Source: an uncultured Planctomycetales bacterium (GTDB taxonomy: Bacteria > Omnitrophota > Gorgyraeia > Zapsychrales > Fredricksoniimonadaceae). From it: 39,715 bases of DNA. Below the pieces are notes generated by a model that saw only the letters and a program-made list of their open reading frames with translations, did not search any database and was not told the DNA's origin. This document shows, piece by piece, positions 1-8,840 of the stretch; position 1 is the first letter of the stretch; each line of letters starts with the position of its first letter. The stretch lies in the NCBI GenBank assembly GCA_964498235.1, contig CAZCHB010000001.1, positions 1-39,715 on the forward strand, in the 5' to 3' direction. The position numbers were made by a program, and so were the translations under genes.

Positions 1-3000
1 CATAGGTAATGTGCTCGGGATTAACCACAAGATTATTATCGTTGTCTTTTTTAATAGTAAAGGTAAGGCTCTTAACTACCTCACCTGGTTTATCTGGATT
101 GGCTTTATTAATATCCCACGTGAAGGTCGCTTTATCCGCAACAGACAAATTCTGCGCGGATGGATCGGCGGTGCTGACAAAATTACCATCATAATTATTA
201 ACCAATAAAAACGATGTCGGCTTAATCTGGGCCTCATTCAAGGTCATGGATTGCAGTTCGGCTGTTGTTGCAATGACAGGTTTTGTTTGCGAAGCATTAT
301 CTGTCGGTATCTCAACCGTGATGCCTCGGCCATCCGCGCGGGTCATTACCACCTGTTTCAAACCATAATCGTCATCATAGGCACTTTTAAATTTACTATA
401 TTTTTTAGCTTCCTCTTCTCCCACCATCGATACAATCTTAGCCTTAACCTGTGCTTTTTGTGCGTCGCTAAGCTTTTTCTCTTCTGAAGGTGGTTCTTCT
501 AAGCGGCCCGTTGCCTTGGCGACAACGCCTGGCAGCATAGGCACATTCATTTCCCCGCCGCTAAAAACAAAACCCCACGCGCGGCCGCGGTTATCTTCAT
601 TGTAGAGCGGAGAGGCCTTCCACTGTGCATCGCTTGTTTCAAAACGCCATCCCATTTTTCTTGAATGATTGTCATCGGCCGTTGCTGAATCAATGCTTGT
701 CATCAACTGGCCTGCCCCTGTCAATAAACGCCCGCCCGTGATCTCATAAGAAGAATCGGAAACCGGGCTAAAGCGGCCATAGGTGTCAATGTTGCCGCCA
801 AAACCATTGTCATAATTTTGGTTTGTATGGGAGGTGATAGCATATTCTTCTGGAATATATCCTTCAATAAAGCCTTGCGGATTAATTTTTACCCGTCCGT
901 CCTTCTTTAATTGGTTAAGGACCTCGACGCCCAATTGGCTTTGGTGGATGCGGACACTGCCCCATTCTTTCTGGCCGTAAATATTTTGGACTAAATTCTC
1001 CGTCCCAAAGAAGTTACGGCTGCCGTTATCCATCTTGACTGTCCCGGATAAGACCAGGCTGTTAGGGTCTTTAGGGGCCAGACTTCCCTGCATGGAGAGG
1101 TGATACGCGCCTGTTTCTACAAGGCCGCCATTAAAATCCAGAATATCCAAATCATGACGGGAAACCTTGCTTTCTATATTGCTTGTCAGCGGTGCATCCT
1201 TGGTGATCCCATTGAAAATGCTGGCATTGATGGCATTGAAATTAAAGGTCGGCATGCCGTCTTGGAGATTAAAATATAACGCTGATTTGCCCTCACTAAT
1301 GGCTGTCCTTAACTTACCATAAGCTTTGCCTTGATCCAGATTGTTCATCCCTAGATCAGGTGAATCATTCATATTCAAATGTTCTTTTAAAGAATCGAAG
1401 CCTGCTTCATCAATGGTGCTAAAAAGAGACCCTGTTCCGATCGCCCCCTCTAAAACAACACCGCTGTTAAGGCTGATTGGCTCAACCCCGCCTCTGGTCC
1501 CTGGCCGCACATTCGCCGTTGTTTCGCGGGAATACCATTGCCCGCTGCCGCCTAAGGCTGCCTGATCAACTAATCCTGTTGCGTCAAACTTCACTTCATT
1601 AATCTTAACATTGCGATGCCCGGCTTCTGGCGTATATTGGTCAATATCACCCGTCGCAAGAACATCCAATCCAGCAGGTCGCATAACGCCTCTGTCTGTC
1701 AACAACATGTATTTTAAACTGCTTAATCCTGCTGGATCAGGCATGGCGGTTAATTTGCTGTTGATGATAATATTTTCATTTGTCAACGGATTAGCAACAA
1801 TTCCGACGGTAGAATGATCAACAACATAGGTCGGTTGACCATCAGCGTACCTGACCGTATCGGTTTTTGTCCAGGCAGGAATACCAAATGAGATCGCATC
1901 AAAAACATCCGGGGCATTGCTCTGCGCGCTTGTTGTAACGGTGGCATAGGTCCCGTTATCAACGCGCATCTTGCCATTAACAATATCAATCCCATAAATG
2001 CCATCGCGGTATCCCTCATGGGGAGTCAAGGTGACATTATACGTTGGGGTACTGGTAATCGTAAAATTTTTATCCATCAAGACCCGCACGTCGCTGGTGT
2101 CCTGCGATAATTGGCCGGCGATAAAATGATCGTTAAAGGTGATGCGGCCTTCCGTTAATCCGCTGCCGTAAGGACGGGCATAGGGCACGCCGTCATCCGT
2201 GACCATCTCACCGTTTCCAGCAAAGGTTCCTTTTGGATCAGCCGCAGAAAGGCCAATCTTCGCTAATATCTGGCCATCGGTTAAATTCCCAACAACGCGG
2301 AATAAATTTTTAGGGTCGCCCTGTCTTTGTTGGAAGGGCGTGGCTGGTTCGTTGCCTGCTGGCTCGCCTTTGAATTTGACTTGAACAGGGATTACTGCAT
2401 CTTTAACGCCCTTGAATGTATATTGGAATAATTTTGATTCAACTGGAACTAATTGTTCGATAACACGCCCATCCCTTGTCACATTCCCGGACGTCGCCTG
2501 CGCCCAGCCGCTGACATATTTCATATCATTAGGGCTAAACTGCGCGCCTTGCGCGCCGCTTATCCCAAACACTAAATCCTTGGTCACCGACGTATTAACC
2601 GTAAAAACGTACTTACCCTTATATTCACCATCTTCAACTTCCGCCCCTGACCTGGACTGGTTCCCAAATCCTTTTTCAAAAATCAATTGCGCTTGTTTAT
2701 TCGCGCCAGTCAAAAAGAAATGGTTGTGGGTTTTCCCGTCAGGCGTGATAAAAATAAATTGATTGCGGCCTAAAACGAGGGCATCATTTTTAGCTAAATT
2801 GCGGGCACTTAAATAGGTTTTACCCGGCGTATCCAGATAACGAAAAATACCATAATTCTCAATGACACCGTTGTCGGTGACCACGAGGCGCTCGTCATAG
2901 CTCTTATTGTCCTTGCCGCGGCCGAAATTAAATTGGCCGCCTTTATCGGCGGTAAATATTTCCGGCCGCCCGTTGCCGGGATTGATCATACTGCCATGGG

Positions 3001-6000
3001 CATCGTAAAGGACATGGACATTACCATTTTTGTCTTCTTCAATAAAACCTGCGTTAATATTCGCTTCTGCTTCTTTAAATCCGCTGACCAAGGCCCGTGT
3101 TGCCACCGTGCTGTACCGGCCAACAGCAGGATCCCAAATAAAATTCTTATGCTGAGCGGCCAATCCTTCTTTATCATCGCCCGCACCTTCTTGACGGGGC
3201 ATCTTCCACGCCCCATTGGTCATCGTATAAGCACGCCCGCCGTTAATAACAGCGCCAGCTTTAACCCTGCCATTATTATCAACGGCAATGGAGGGAAGGC
3301 CTTGAACCTTGACAAAATTCACATGCTGTCCATTATCAAAAGTCTTGAAACTGCTGCTTAACACATTGCTTAAGCCTAAATTCTGACCGCTGGTTAAAAC
3401 AATGTTGGCCAGGTTTTTGTCTGCAACGCCTTTATCATCAAAGCTCCAGAACTTCATTGTGCCTTGGAAATTGCCTGACGCAGGAGCGGCGCCGACAAAG
3501 GAGAAAATCTTATCGCCCCCACGGCTTTCGGCACCAATACTAAAGGTAATGTCATTGATGCCCGCATCAGCAGCGCTCTGCGGCAAGACGCCTAAGAATT
3601 GCATATCTGCAGGGCTGTAGGCCTTGCTGATAATCCGCTCATTGATGTTCTTAACAGACCCTTGTGCCTGACCTTGTAATACTCCATCTTTTTTCATTTC
3701 CGCAAGCCATCCATCGCCGCCTTCTGCCTGCACAAACGTGCGCAGGTCGTTTTCTTCCGCCTGGTTTAAGCCAAACATTGATCCGAAATATTTCGCATCA
3801 CCGATAATGCCCATAGTGTTAGCGCCCTGGGCGTTTTTACCTAACCTAAAACCTGTACTGGCAAAATTAGGATCATTAAATCCTTCACGGCTTAAGAAAA
3901 ATTCATTTCTCTTTCCATCAACGCCCATGATTTGAGTTGCCCCTAATTTCCCATACCCCCAAATCTTGCCGAATCTTGAACCGGAGACATTGCTGTAAAT
4001 ATTAGCGGAAGAACCCCATGGGGATTTTGAATCAAAACCTTTGTTAAAGGATGTGGCGACAAACCCGTGCGGAACAGACGCCTTCCATGTGGTGTTAAAT
4101 TCAACACCTTGATCATGCAGGTTTTGTTGATTACGCACATCCGTAAAATTTCCTTCTAAATTAACATTCGCCCCAAGAACTAAGGCGCTTTTAATTGTGT
4201 CGGCAATTGGTGTCCTGCCATCAACAAAGCTATAGCCGTTCTCATCTTTGACAACTAGCGCAACGCCAACCCCTTGGTCATTCTGCACTTGCTGGCCTTC
4301 AGGCGTGATGCCCCATTGTTGAACCTTAGCCGCGGTCTCCGCGTGCATAATAGAGACAGCATAGCGGCCTTCCTTACCGGGCTGTTCATTCCACGCAAAG
4401 GTCATCATATTCTTATCAACACCGGGACAGAAAATCGCACCGCTGCCGACGCCTAGGTATTTTCCATTGACCATGCTCTCCGCGTAAGCATAGCTGGAAT
4501 CATATCCATTTTTACTTACATCGTGTAATTGCGGTCTCCATGTAAAACCATACCCTTCTAATTTTCGCGCTTGTTCCTTTGTGATATATGCAGAGATGGG
4601 AACTTCCACTACAGCCGCGATAAAATTTGTAATGGCAGGCTGTTCAAGCGCATTACTAATATGATCGATATTCATAAGCCCGGGAGTAATCATATTTTGC
4701 TGCCATAAAGCCAAATGGAATTGATCGTCCACGGAAGGCGTAGAAGAAGCCACGGGAATGCCCGATATATAATTTGGCGTAATCAATCCTCCAGCCGCGC
4801 GAGAGGTTCCAAGCGCATTAACGCCTGAGCCAACAACATTGTTAGCTTTTATGGAATTGTAAAGTTTTTCTGTTTGAACAGCCCATTGCGGCGTAAATCC
4901 TGTTAACCTGTCAATGGTATCGCTGTAAGCAACAAAATTAGCCACTGATCCCCAGGTGCCGGTTGATAAAAATTGCCCCAAATAATTTGTCCCAAAAAGC
5001 GCGTCCTTACCGCTTTCGATAAACGCACCCATATTGCTTCTGGCGCTGGCGCCGTTATCAGGCCTGGCCTCATTAATAAATTTATCCGCCGTTCCTTGTG
5101 TATTAAAAATGTTCCCAATATGATTATTCCCCTGATCAAGGATTGACATAAGGCCGCCCGCAGCAACAGAGGAAGCGACAAATACAAGCGCGCGGAATTG
5201 TGCTTTATTGGTACGGTAATCGTAGGTGCCGTCATCCTTGCCAATAAAAGATTTTTCTAAAGAAGCAAAAGCCATTGAAAGAATCGCCCTGGCAGCTCCC
5301 GTCTTTAACGCACTGTAGGCTGACTGCCAAACATCATCCCCTGATCTACCATAAACAAACCCGCTCGTAATACCTGAGGTTCCCGCGCTAACAAATTGAC
5401 CTAAGCCTTGGGAAAAACCATCACTGGCTTTGATGCCTGCCTGCGCGGCAATTAAACGCACCGCCATGCCGCTAAATTGTCCCGCTATAGTTGGAACAGC
5501 GTCCCACATCACCTTGGACATACCGTCAACAAATGACACCGGTTTAATATCATCCGCAATATATATCAATTGCCGCGTATAGGCTGAGTCATACGCGCCC
5601 GACCATGACGTGCCTTTAAAAGAAATGCCTTGGGATTGCACGACGCCTGCAAACGCTTGCGGTTCAATAGCGCCGTCTTTAAGCGTACCCATGATTGCGG
5701 CTTTAGCTTCAGCACCTAAAGCGTCTAATTTCCCAGAAATATACTCCTGCTTAATCACGGCAGGATTAGCGCCTTGTGCTTCTGGAGGCAAAGAATTCAC
5801 ATAACTATCAGCCTGATCATTAAGAGCGGCGGCAACGGCTTGGCTTCCTTTTTCTGCCGCGCTATCTGAGCCGGCCAACCCCAAACTCGGCGTAAAAAAC
5901 GCCCGATCCATCAAATGATCCGCCGCCAAACTAAATGCCCCCACGGCCAAACTGCCGCCTACCGTCGAACCTACAATCATGAGCGTTTCTTTGATAATTT

Positions 6001-7546
6001 GATTTGAATCACTACATTCTTTTGCGGGGTCTGAACAAATCATGTCATCAATAAGCTTAACGATCTGATATTGCGCCTCCGCCTTGATCAATCCCAACAT
6101 TAATCCCTTGCCAAAACTCGCGGCAAAACCTGCCATGGTTAATTCCTTAGTGGCATTTGCGGCAACTGCGGATGCGCTCGCGCCTGGCGCGGCTGTTACG
6201 GCGCTTGACCCTAAATTAAAAAGCTCCTTAAAGAAATCGCCGATCTTATTAAAAATATTATTGATGCCGTTATAAACGTCTTTGATAAATCCGCCGATGC
6301 CCGTGTCCCCGGCTTCTTTGACCATTGCGCCCAATGCGCCTCCAGATGCGGCGGCGGCAGGATCTATATATCCGGCCCCATAGTTAATCCCCATCGACAA
6401 AGCTGCGGAGAGCAAAAACGCGGAATGGCCATCGCAAACACCTTGCATCACGCAGATACTTGTAATGGTGGAAACTAGCGATGACGCGGCAATCCCAAAG
6501 GCCATCCCGTACGGGCTTAAGACCGACATGGCAACCGTCAGCCCAATCTGGGTAAACAATTGTGTATCAGAAACAAAGCCGGGTAAATCCTTGCTTTGGT
6601 CGCGCCACTTATCGCCCCAGACAAATGCTTCTAAAGCTTGAGGAACAGATTCATACAGATTTGACTTGGCCGCCTTTAATAACAGCTTGCTAACAAAGGC
6701 ATAGCCATCCATTTTTTGTTCTAGGTCTTTTTTATCTAAAACTGACAGCTGGCCTAAATCAGCCACCGTAACCTTTTCACCCGAAACTTTTTTAACAGTG
6801 ATAAAATGTTCGCCCTTAAGGTGGACAATAAATGGCGCTTGGAGTTTTAAAATATCTTTGGGCTCTGCCTTAATGCTGGTGTAGTTTAATCCCAGCGCGT
6901 CCCCCACCTTATGGATCGCAAACAAGGTGCTTTTGAGTTTTGGTTCGCCAACCTTGATGATGTCACTCATCAGGTCAACAGAAATATTAAGCACCGCTAA
7001 TTCTTCCAGACTGCGGTTTTTATTTTGGGAATCAACGATATCTTTTAAGCTGTACGCCGCGCAATTAAGCGGATGAATGCCGGGCGCGTTTAACCAGCTA
7101 ATGATTTCCTGAATCTTGGCTTTATTAAATTTGGCCCTGGTCTCAACGTTTAACGCTGAGGATTCAGCACCCATTTTTTTATCCGGACTGTCTAAGTTGA
7201 TTTTTAAGTTAAGTTTATCTTTATCTTTAATCTGCTGTAATAAATACTCAACGCTTTTGGAAACTTGAACCGCCGGCAAAGGCATGGACATGCCGTTTTC
7301 ATTACTACGAACCATGCCAGCGCGTTCGCCCCAAATCACTGCTGGATTATAACCAAAAGCCCAGCTGATTTGATCAGGAATAAATGCGGTCAAAACAACA
7401 ATGGCAATTGTCCTAACCCATGCATTGAAACGACTTACGAAGATTGGAGCAGAAGGATTTAAAACGATGTTTTCCGTAACTGGAGCACCCTCAACGGATG
7501 GAGATGAATCAGGAGAATTATGTAAATTTTTCTCGTCGTGCATCAT
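1..7546 (-). CDS. Giant membrane protein, 5' part only (at least 2515 codons visible, gene continues past the left window edge). It has an N-terminal TM helix, a C39-like peptidase-like domain, a Gly/Ala-rich multi-TM block, then a long hydrophilic region.
   Basis: I read the reverse complement by eye from ATG ATG CAC GAC GAG (complement of 7541-7546) and found no in-frame stop down to base 1. All four minus-strand ORFs listed in 1-7546 (ends 2019, 3216, 4140, 5244) are in a different frame, and no minus ORF in the 7546 frame is listed. That is expected if the track omits ORFs lacking a stop inside the window. The N-terminus reads MMHDEKNLHNSPDSSPSVEG...WVRTIAIVVLTAFIPDQISWAF. Confidence 0.85.
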   Translation of the reverse strand, partial: MMHDEKNLHNSPDSSPSVEGAPVTENIVLNPSAPIFVSRFNAWVRTIAIVVLTAFIPDQISWAFGYNPAVIWGERAGMVRSNENGMSMPLPAVQVSKSVEYLLQQIKDKDKLNLKINLDSPDKKMGAESSALNVETRAKFNKAKIQEIISWLNAPGIHPLNCAAYSLKDIVDSQNKNRSLEELAVLNISVDLMSDIIKVGEPKLKSTLFAIHKVGDALGLNYTSIKAEPKDILKLQAPFIVHLKGEHFITVKKVSGEKVTVADLGQLSVLDKKDLEQKMDGYAFVSKLLLKAAKSNLYESVPQALEAFVWGDKWRDQSKDLPGFVSDTQLFTQIGLTVAMSVLSPYGMAFGIAASSLVSTITSICVMQGVCDGHSAFLLSAALSMGINYGAGYIDPAAAASGGALGAMVKEAGDTGIGGFIKDVYNGINNIFNKIGDFFKELFNLGSSAVTAAPGASASAVAANATKELTMAGFAASFGKGLMLGLIKAEAQYQIVKLIDDMICSDPAKECSDSNQIIKETLMIVGSTVGGSLAVGAFSLAADHLMDRAFFTPSLGLAGSDSAAEKGSQAVAAALNDQADSYVNSLPPEAQGANPAVIKQEYISGKLDALGAEAKAAIMGTLKDGAIEPQAFAGVVQSQGISFKGTSWSGAYDSAYTRQLIYIADDIKPVSFVDGMSKVMWDAVPTIAGQFSGMAVRLIAAQAGIKASDGFSQGLGQFVSAGTSGITSGFVYGRSGDDVWQSAYSALKTGAARAILSMAFASLEKSFIGKDDGTYDYRTNKAQFRALVFVASSVAAGGLMSILDQGNNHIGNIFNTQGTADKFINEARPDNGASARSNMGAFIESGKDALFGTNYLGQFLSTGTWGSVANFVAYSDTIDRLTGFTPQWAVQTEKLYNSIKANNVVGSGVNALGTSRAAGGLITPNYISGIPVASSTPSVDDQFHLALWQQNMITPGLMNIDHISNALEQPAITNFIAAVVEVPISAYITKEQARKLEGYGFTWRPQLHDVSKNGYDSSYAYAESMVNGKYLGVGSGAIFCPGVDKNMMTFAWNEQPGKEGRYAVSIMHAETAAKVQQWGITPEGQQVQNDQGVGVALVVKDENGYSFVDGRTPIADTIKSALVLGANVNLEGNFTDVRNQQNLHDQGVEFNTTWKASVPHGFVATSFNKGFDSKSPWGSSANIYSNVSGSRFGKIWGYGKLGATQIMGVDGKRNEFFLSREGFNDPNFASTGFRLGKNAQGANTMGIIGDAKYFGSMFGLNQAEENDLRTFVQAEGGDGWLAEMKKDGVLQGQAQGSVKNINERIISKAYSPADMQFLGVLPQSAADAGINDITFSIGAESRGGDKIFSFVGAAPASGNFQGTMKFWSFDDKGVADKNLANIVLTSGQNLGLSNVLSSSFKTFDNGQHVNFVKVQGLPSIAVDNNGRVKAGAVINGGRAYTMTNGAWKMPRQEGAGDDKEGLAAQHKNFIWDPAVGRYSTVATRALVSGFKEAEANINAGFIEEDKNGNVHVLYDAHGSMINPGNGRPEIFTADKGGQFNFGRGKDNKSYDERLVVTDNGVIENYGIFRYLDTPGKTYLSARNLAKNDALVLGRNQFIFITPDGKTHNHFFLTGANKQAQLIFEKGFGNQSRSGAEVEDGEYKGKYVFTVNTSVTKDLVFGISGAQGAQFSPNDMKYVSGWAQATSGNVTRDGRVIEQLVPVESKLFQYTFKGVKDAVIPVQVKFKGEPAGNEPATPFQQRQGDPKNLFRVVGNLTDGQILAKIGLSAADPKGTFAGNGEMVTDDGVPYARPYGSGLTEGRITFNDHFIAGQLSQDTSDVRVLMDKNFTITSTPTYNVTLTPHEGYRDGIYGIDIVNGKMRVDNGTYATVTTSAQSNAPDVFDAISFGIPAWTKTDTVRYADGQPTYVVDHSTVGIVANPLTNENIIINSKLTAMPDPAGLSSLKYMLLTDRGVMRPAGLDVLATGDIDQYTPEAGHRNVKINEVKFDATGLVDQAALGGSGQWYSRETTANVRPGTRGGVEPISLNSGVVLEGAIGTGSLFSTIDEAGFDSLKEHLNMNDSPDLGMNNLDQGKAYGKLRTAISEGKSALYFNLQDGMPTFNFNAINASIFNGITKDAPLTSNIESKVSRHDLDILDFNGGLVETGAYHLSMQGSLAPKDPNSLVLSGTVKMDNGSRNFFGTENLVQNIYGQKEWGSVRIHQSQLGVEVLNQLKKDGRVKINPQGFIEGYIPEEYAITSHTNQNYDNGFGGNIDTYGRFSPVSDSSYEITGGRLLTGAGQLMTSIDSATADDNHSRKMGWRFETSDAQWKASPLYNEDNRGRAWGFVFSGGEMNVPMLPGVVAKATGRLEEPPSEEKKLSDAQKAQVKAKIVSMVGEEEAKKYSKFKSAYDDDYGLKQVVMTRADGRGITVEIPTDNASQTKPVIATTAELQSMTLNEAQIKPTSFLLVNNYDGNFVSTADPSAQNLSVADKATFTWDINKANPDKPGEVVKSLTFTIKKDNDNNLVVNPEHITY

Positions 7547-7565
7547 GATAATTGAAGTATATCAT

Positions 7566-7594
7566 ATTATAGCGACGATGCCAGTTTTTAGCAA
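7566..7594 (-). promoter_or_regulatory. Candidate sigma70-type promoter for the giant gene (TTGCTA-17 nt-TATAAT on the minus strand)
   Basis: On the plus strand, ATTATA at 7566-7571 and TAGCAA at 7589-7594 are separated by a 17-nt spacer. The element lies about 20 nt upstream of the ATG at 7546. No clear Shine-Dalgarno sits between them, so the leader would be very short. Confidence 0.3.
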
Positions 7595-7797
7595 ATCTTT
7601 TTACACATTTATCTTGTTCATTTTCAATGACTTACGTCTCTAATTAAAAGTATTTAATAATTATCAAATTTATCTCGTTTTTTTATTCTATAAAAAGTAT
7701 AAATTGTATTGACATTTTATAATTTATTAACAACTAAATACAAACACATATATTTCCCGTCGGCATTTTTTGTTTGACAAAATAGTAAAATTTATAA

Positions 7798-7900
7798 AAT
7801 TAATGTCCAGACTGGACATTAATTGTGATTTTTTATCAAAACAATCTCCAGTCTGACAAAATTAATGTCCAGACTGGACAATTATTGTCCAGTCTGGAAA
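7798..7900. repeat. Array of four phased copies of the TGTCCAGWCTGGACA palindrome between the tadC stop and the giant-gene promoter
   Basis: Copy A at 7798-7824 is AATTAATGTCCAGACTGGACATTAATT, a perfect 13-1-13 palindrome. Copy B is degenerate (CTCCAGTCTGACA, centre 7852). Copy C has a perfect core at 7866-7880. Copy D at 7886-7900 is TTGTCCAGTCTGGAAA. The centres 7811, 7852, 7873 and 7893 are spaced 41, 21 and 20 bp apart. Confidence 0.9.
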
Positions 7901-7905
7901 GATTA

Positions 7906-8817
7906 CTACTTAGCCAAGTTTTGTAATGGATTATTTTGGAAGAAATCCAAGAAGACCGGACCAGCAACTAAGATGGCCACTACTGGAAAAATAAATAAAA
8001 GCAGCGGAATAAGCATCTTAAGCGGGGCTTTCATCGCCATGGTTTCTCCCCTGCGGAAACGCGCCAAGCGCATGTCTTCAGAGAGAATATTAAGGGCATC
8101 GCTAACCGAGGTCCCCATGCGGTCGGCCTGAATAAGCGTCCGTGAAAAGGTCGACAGGTCAGGCAATTCATATTTGCGAGCCATGTCGCGCAGGGCATCC
8201 CTGCGAGGCTTGCCCACATTGATCTCCTGTATCATATTTTGAAACTCTTCAATCAACACTGATGGAGCAGACTTTTCAATGACATATTTTAAGGCCATCA
8301 TAAAATCAAGACCAGCATTGACGCAAAGCCCTAAAAGATCAACGGTATCCGGCAATTCCCGCACAATTAAATCGCGCACCTTCCTAATTTTCATCTTCAG
8401 CCAAAATTCCGGCAGGTAATACCCCAACCCAACGCTCATCAGCAAACCAAATAAAAATAACTCTGATTTCGGTCCCATATATACAAAGGTCATCCATAAT
8501 AAGACGGCGATAAAGATTTCCTTAATCAAGAAAAACTCATCAGCCTTTATCGGAAGGCGGGCCATGGCCAAATCTTTTGAAATGCGCTGACCTAAGGGGC
8601 TTATAACAAGCGGGAGATTAAAAACGGCCAGCTTGCTGATAATCATAAATATGAAGCCCAGCACCCCCTTCTTCTTTGGGGCCTTAGCAGGCGCCGCCAA
8701 ATCAAAAGGCGTCGGCTCGATATTTAATTTCGGACGGCTATCCCATTTAAAAGGAACAAAAGCCAATACAAAAATAAATACCGAAGCAAAAATAAACATC
8801 AAACATAACAGTAACAT
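7906..8817 (-). CDS. tadC: TadC-like inner-membrane platform protein (T2SS-F/GspF family)
   Basis: The 303-aa protein has several TM segments and a T2SSF-like core (LPDTVDLLGLCVNAGLDFMMALKYVIEKS; RFRRGETMAMKAPLKMLIPLLLFIFP). It is the second of two tandem T2SSF paralogs. Confidence 0.75.
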   Translation of the reverse strand: MLLLCLMFIFASVFIFVLAFVPFKWDSRPKLNIEPTPFDLAAPAKAPKKKGVLGFIFMIISKLAVFNLPLVISPLGQRISKDLAMARLPIKADEFFLIKEIFIAVLLWMTFVYMGPKSELFLFGLLMSVGLGYYLPEFWLKMKIRKVRDLIVRELPDTVDLLGLCVNAGLDFMMALKYVIEKSAPSVLIEEFQNMIQEINVGKPRRDALRDMARKYELPDLSTFSRTLIQADRMGTSVSDALNILSEDMRLARFRRGETMAMKAPLKMLIPLLLFIFPVVAILVAGPVFLDFFQNNPLQNLAK

Positions 8818-8840
8818 ACATCTTCCTCAGGTACGGCAGG

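Noticed and set aside
112-127. A parS-like CACGTG-centred sequence (TATCCCACGTGAAGGT) lies inside the giant gene.
   Set aside because: It matches only 11/16 of the consensus, and both outer arms are degenerate. That is compatible with chance.
1-7643. The 7.5-kb stretch with no long ORF in the supplied track could be non-coding DNA, a pseudogenised region, or a gene read in an alternative genetic code.
   Set aside because: The minus strand in the frame starting at 7546 reads open throughout under the standard code. The track evidently lists only ORFs with a stop inside the window. All other genes in the window also translate normally with the standard code.
9-7643. Many short plus-strand ORFs (60-142 aa) and four minus-strand ORFs (1783-2019, 2986-3216, 3943-4140, 4903-5244) lie within the giant-gene region.
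   Set aside because: All are out of frame with, or antisense to, the continuous giant ORF. Their compositions are low-complexity or biased, as is typical of shadow ORFs.
7774-7800. A plus-strand TTGACA...TAAAAT promoter-like pair points into the palindrome array and antisense to tadC.
   Set aside because: The spacer is only 15 nt, and the region is so AT-rich that -10-like hexamers are frequent. There is no plus-strand gene to drive.
7798-7900. The palindrome copies could be simple rho-independent terminators or REP-like mRNA hairpins.
   Set aside because: I reject this only partly. Copy A on the minus strand is followed by a U-rich tract. However, two perfect copies lie inside essential coding sequences (yidC, parB). 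Stems are conserved in sequence rather than by compensatory change. Degenerate half-sites that cannot fold occur at fixed helical phasing. I keep it as an alternative in the main finding.
7865-8131. An 88-aa plus-strand ORF starts exactly at the ATG inside palindrome copy C (MSRLDN...). The yidC and parB copies similarly encode MSSLD.
   Set aside because: The ORF is antisense to tadC over most of its length and has no RBS. The ATG is simply part of the palindrome arm.
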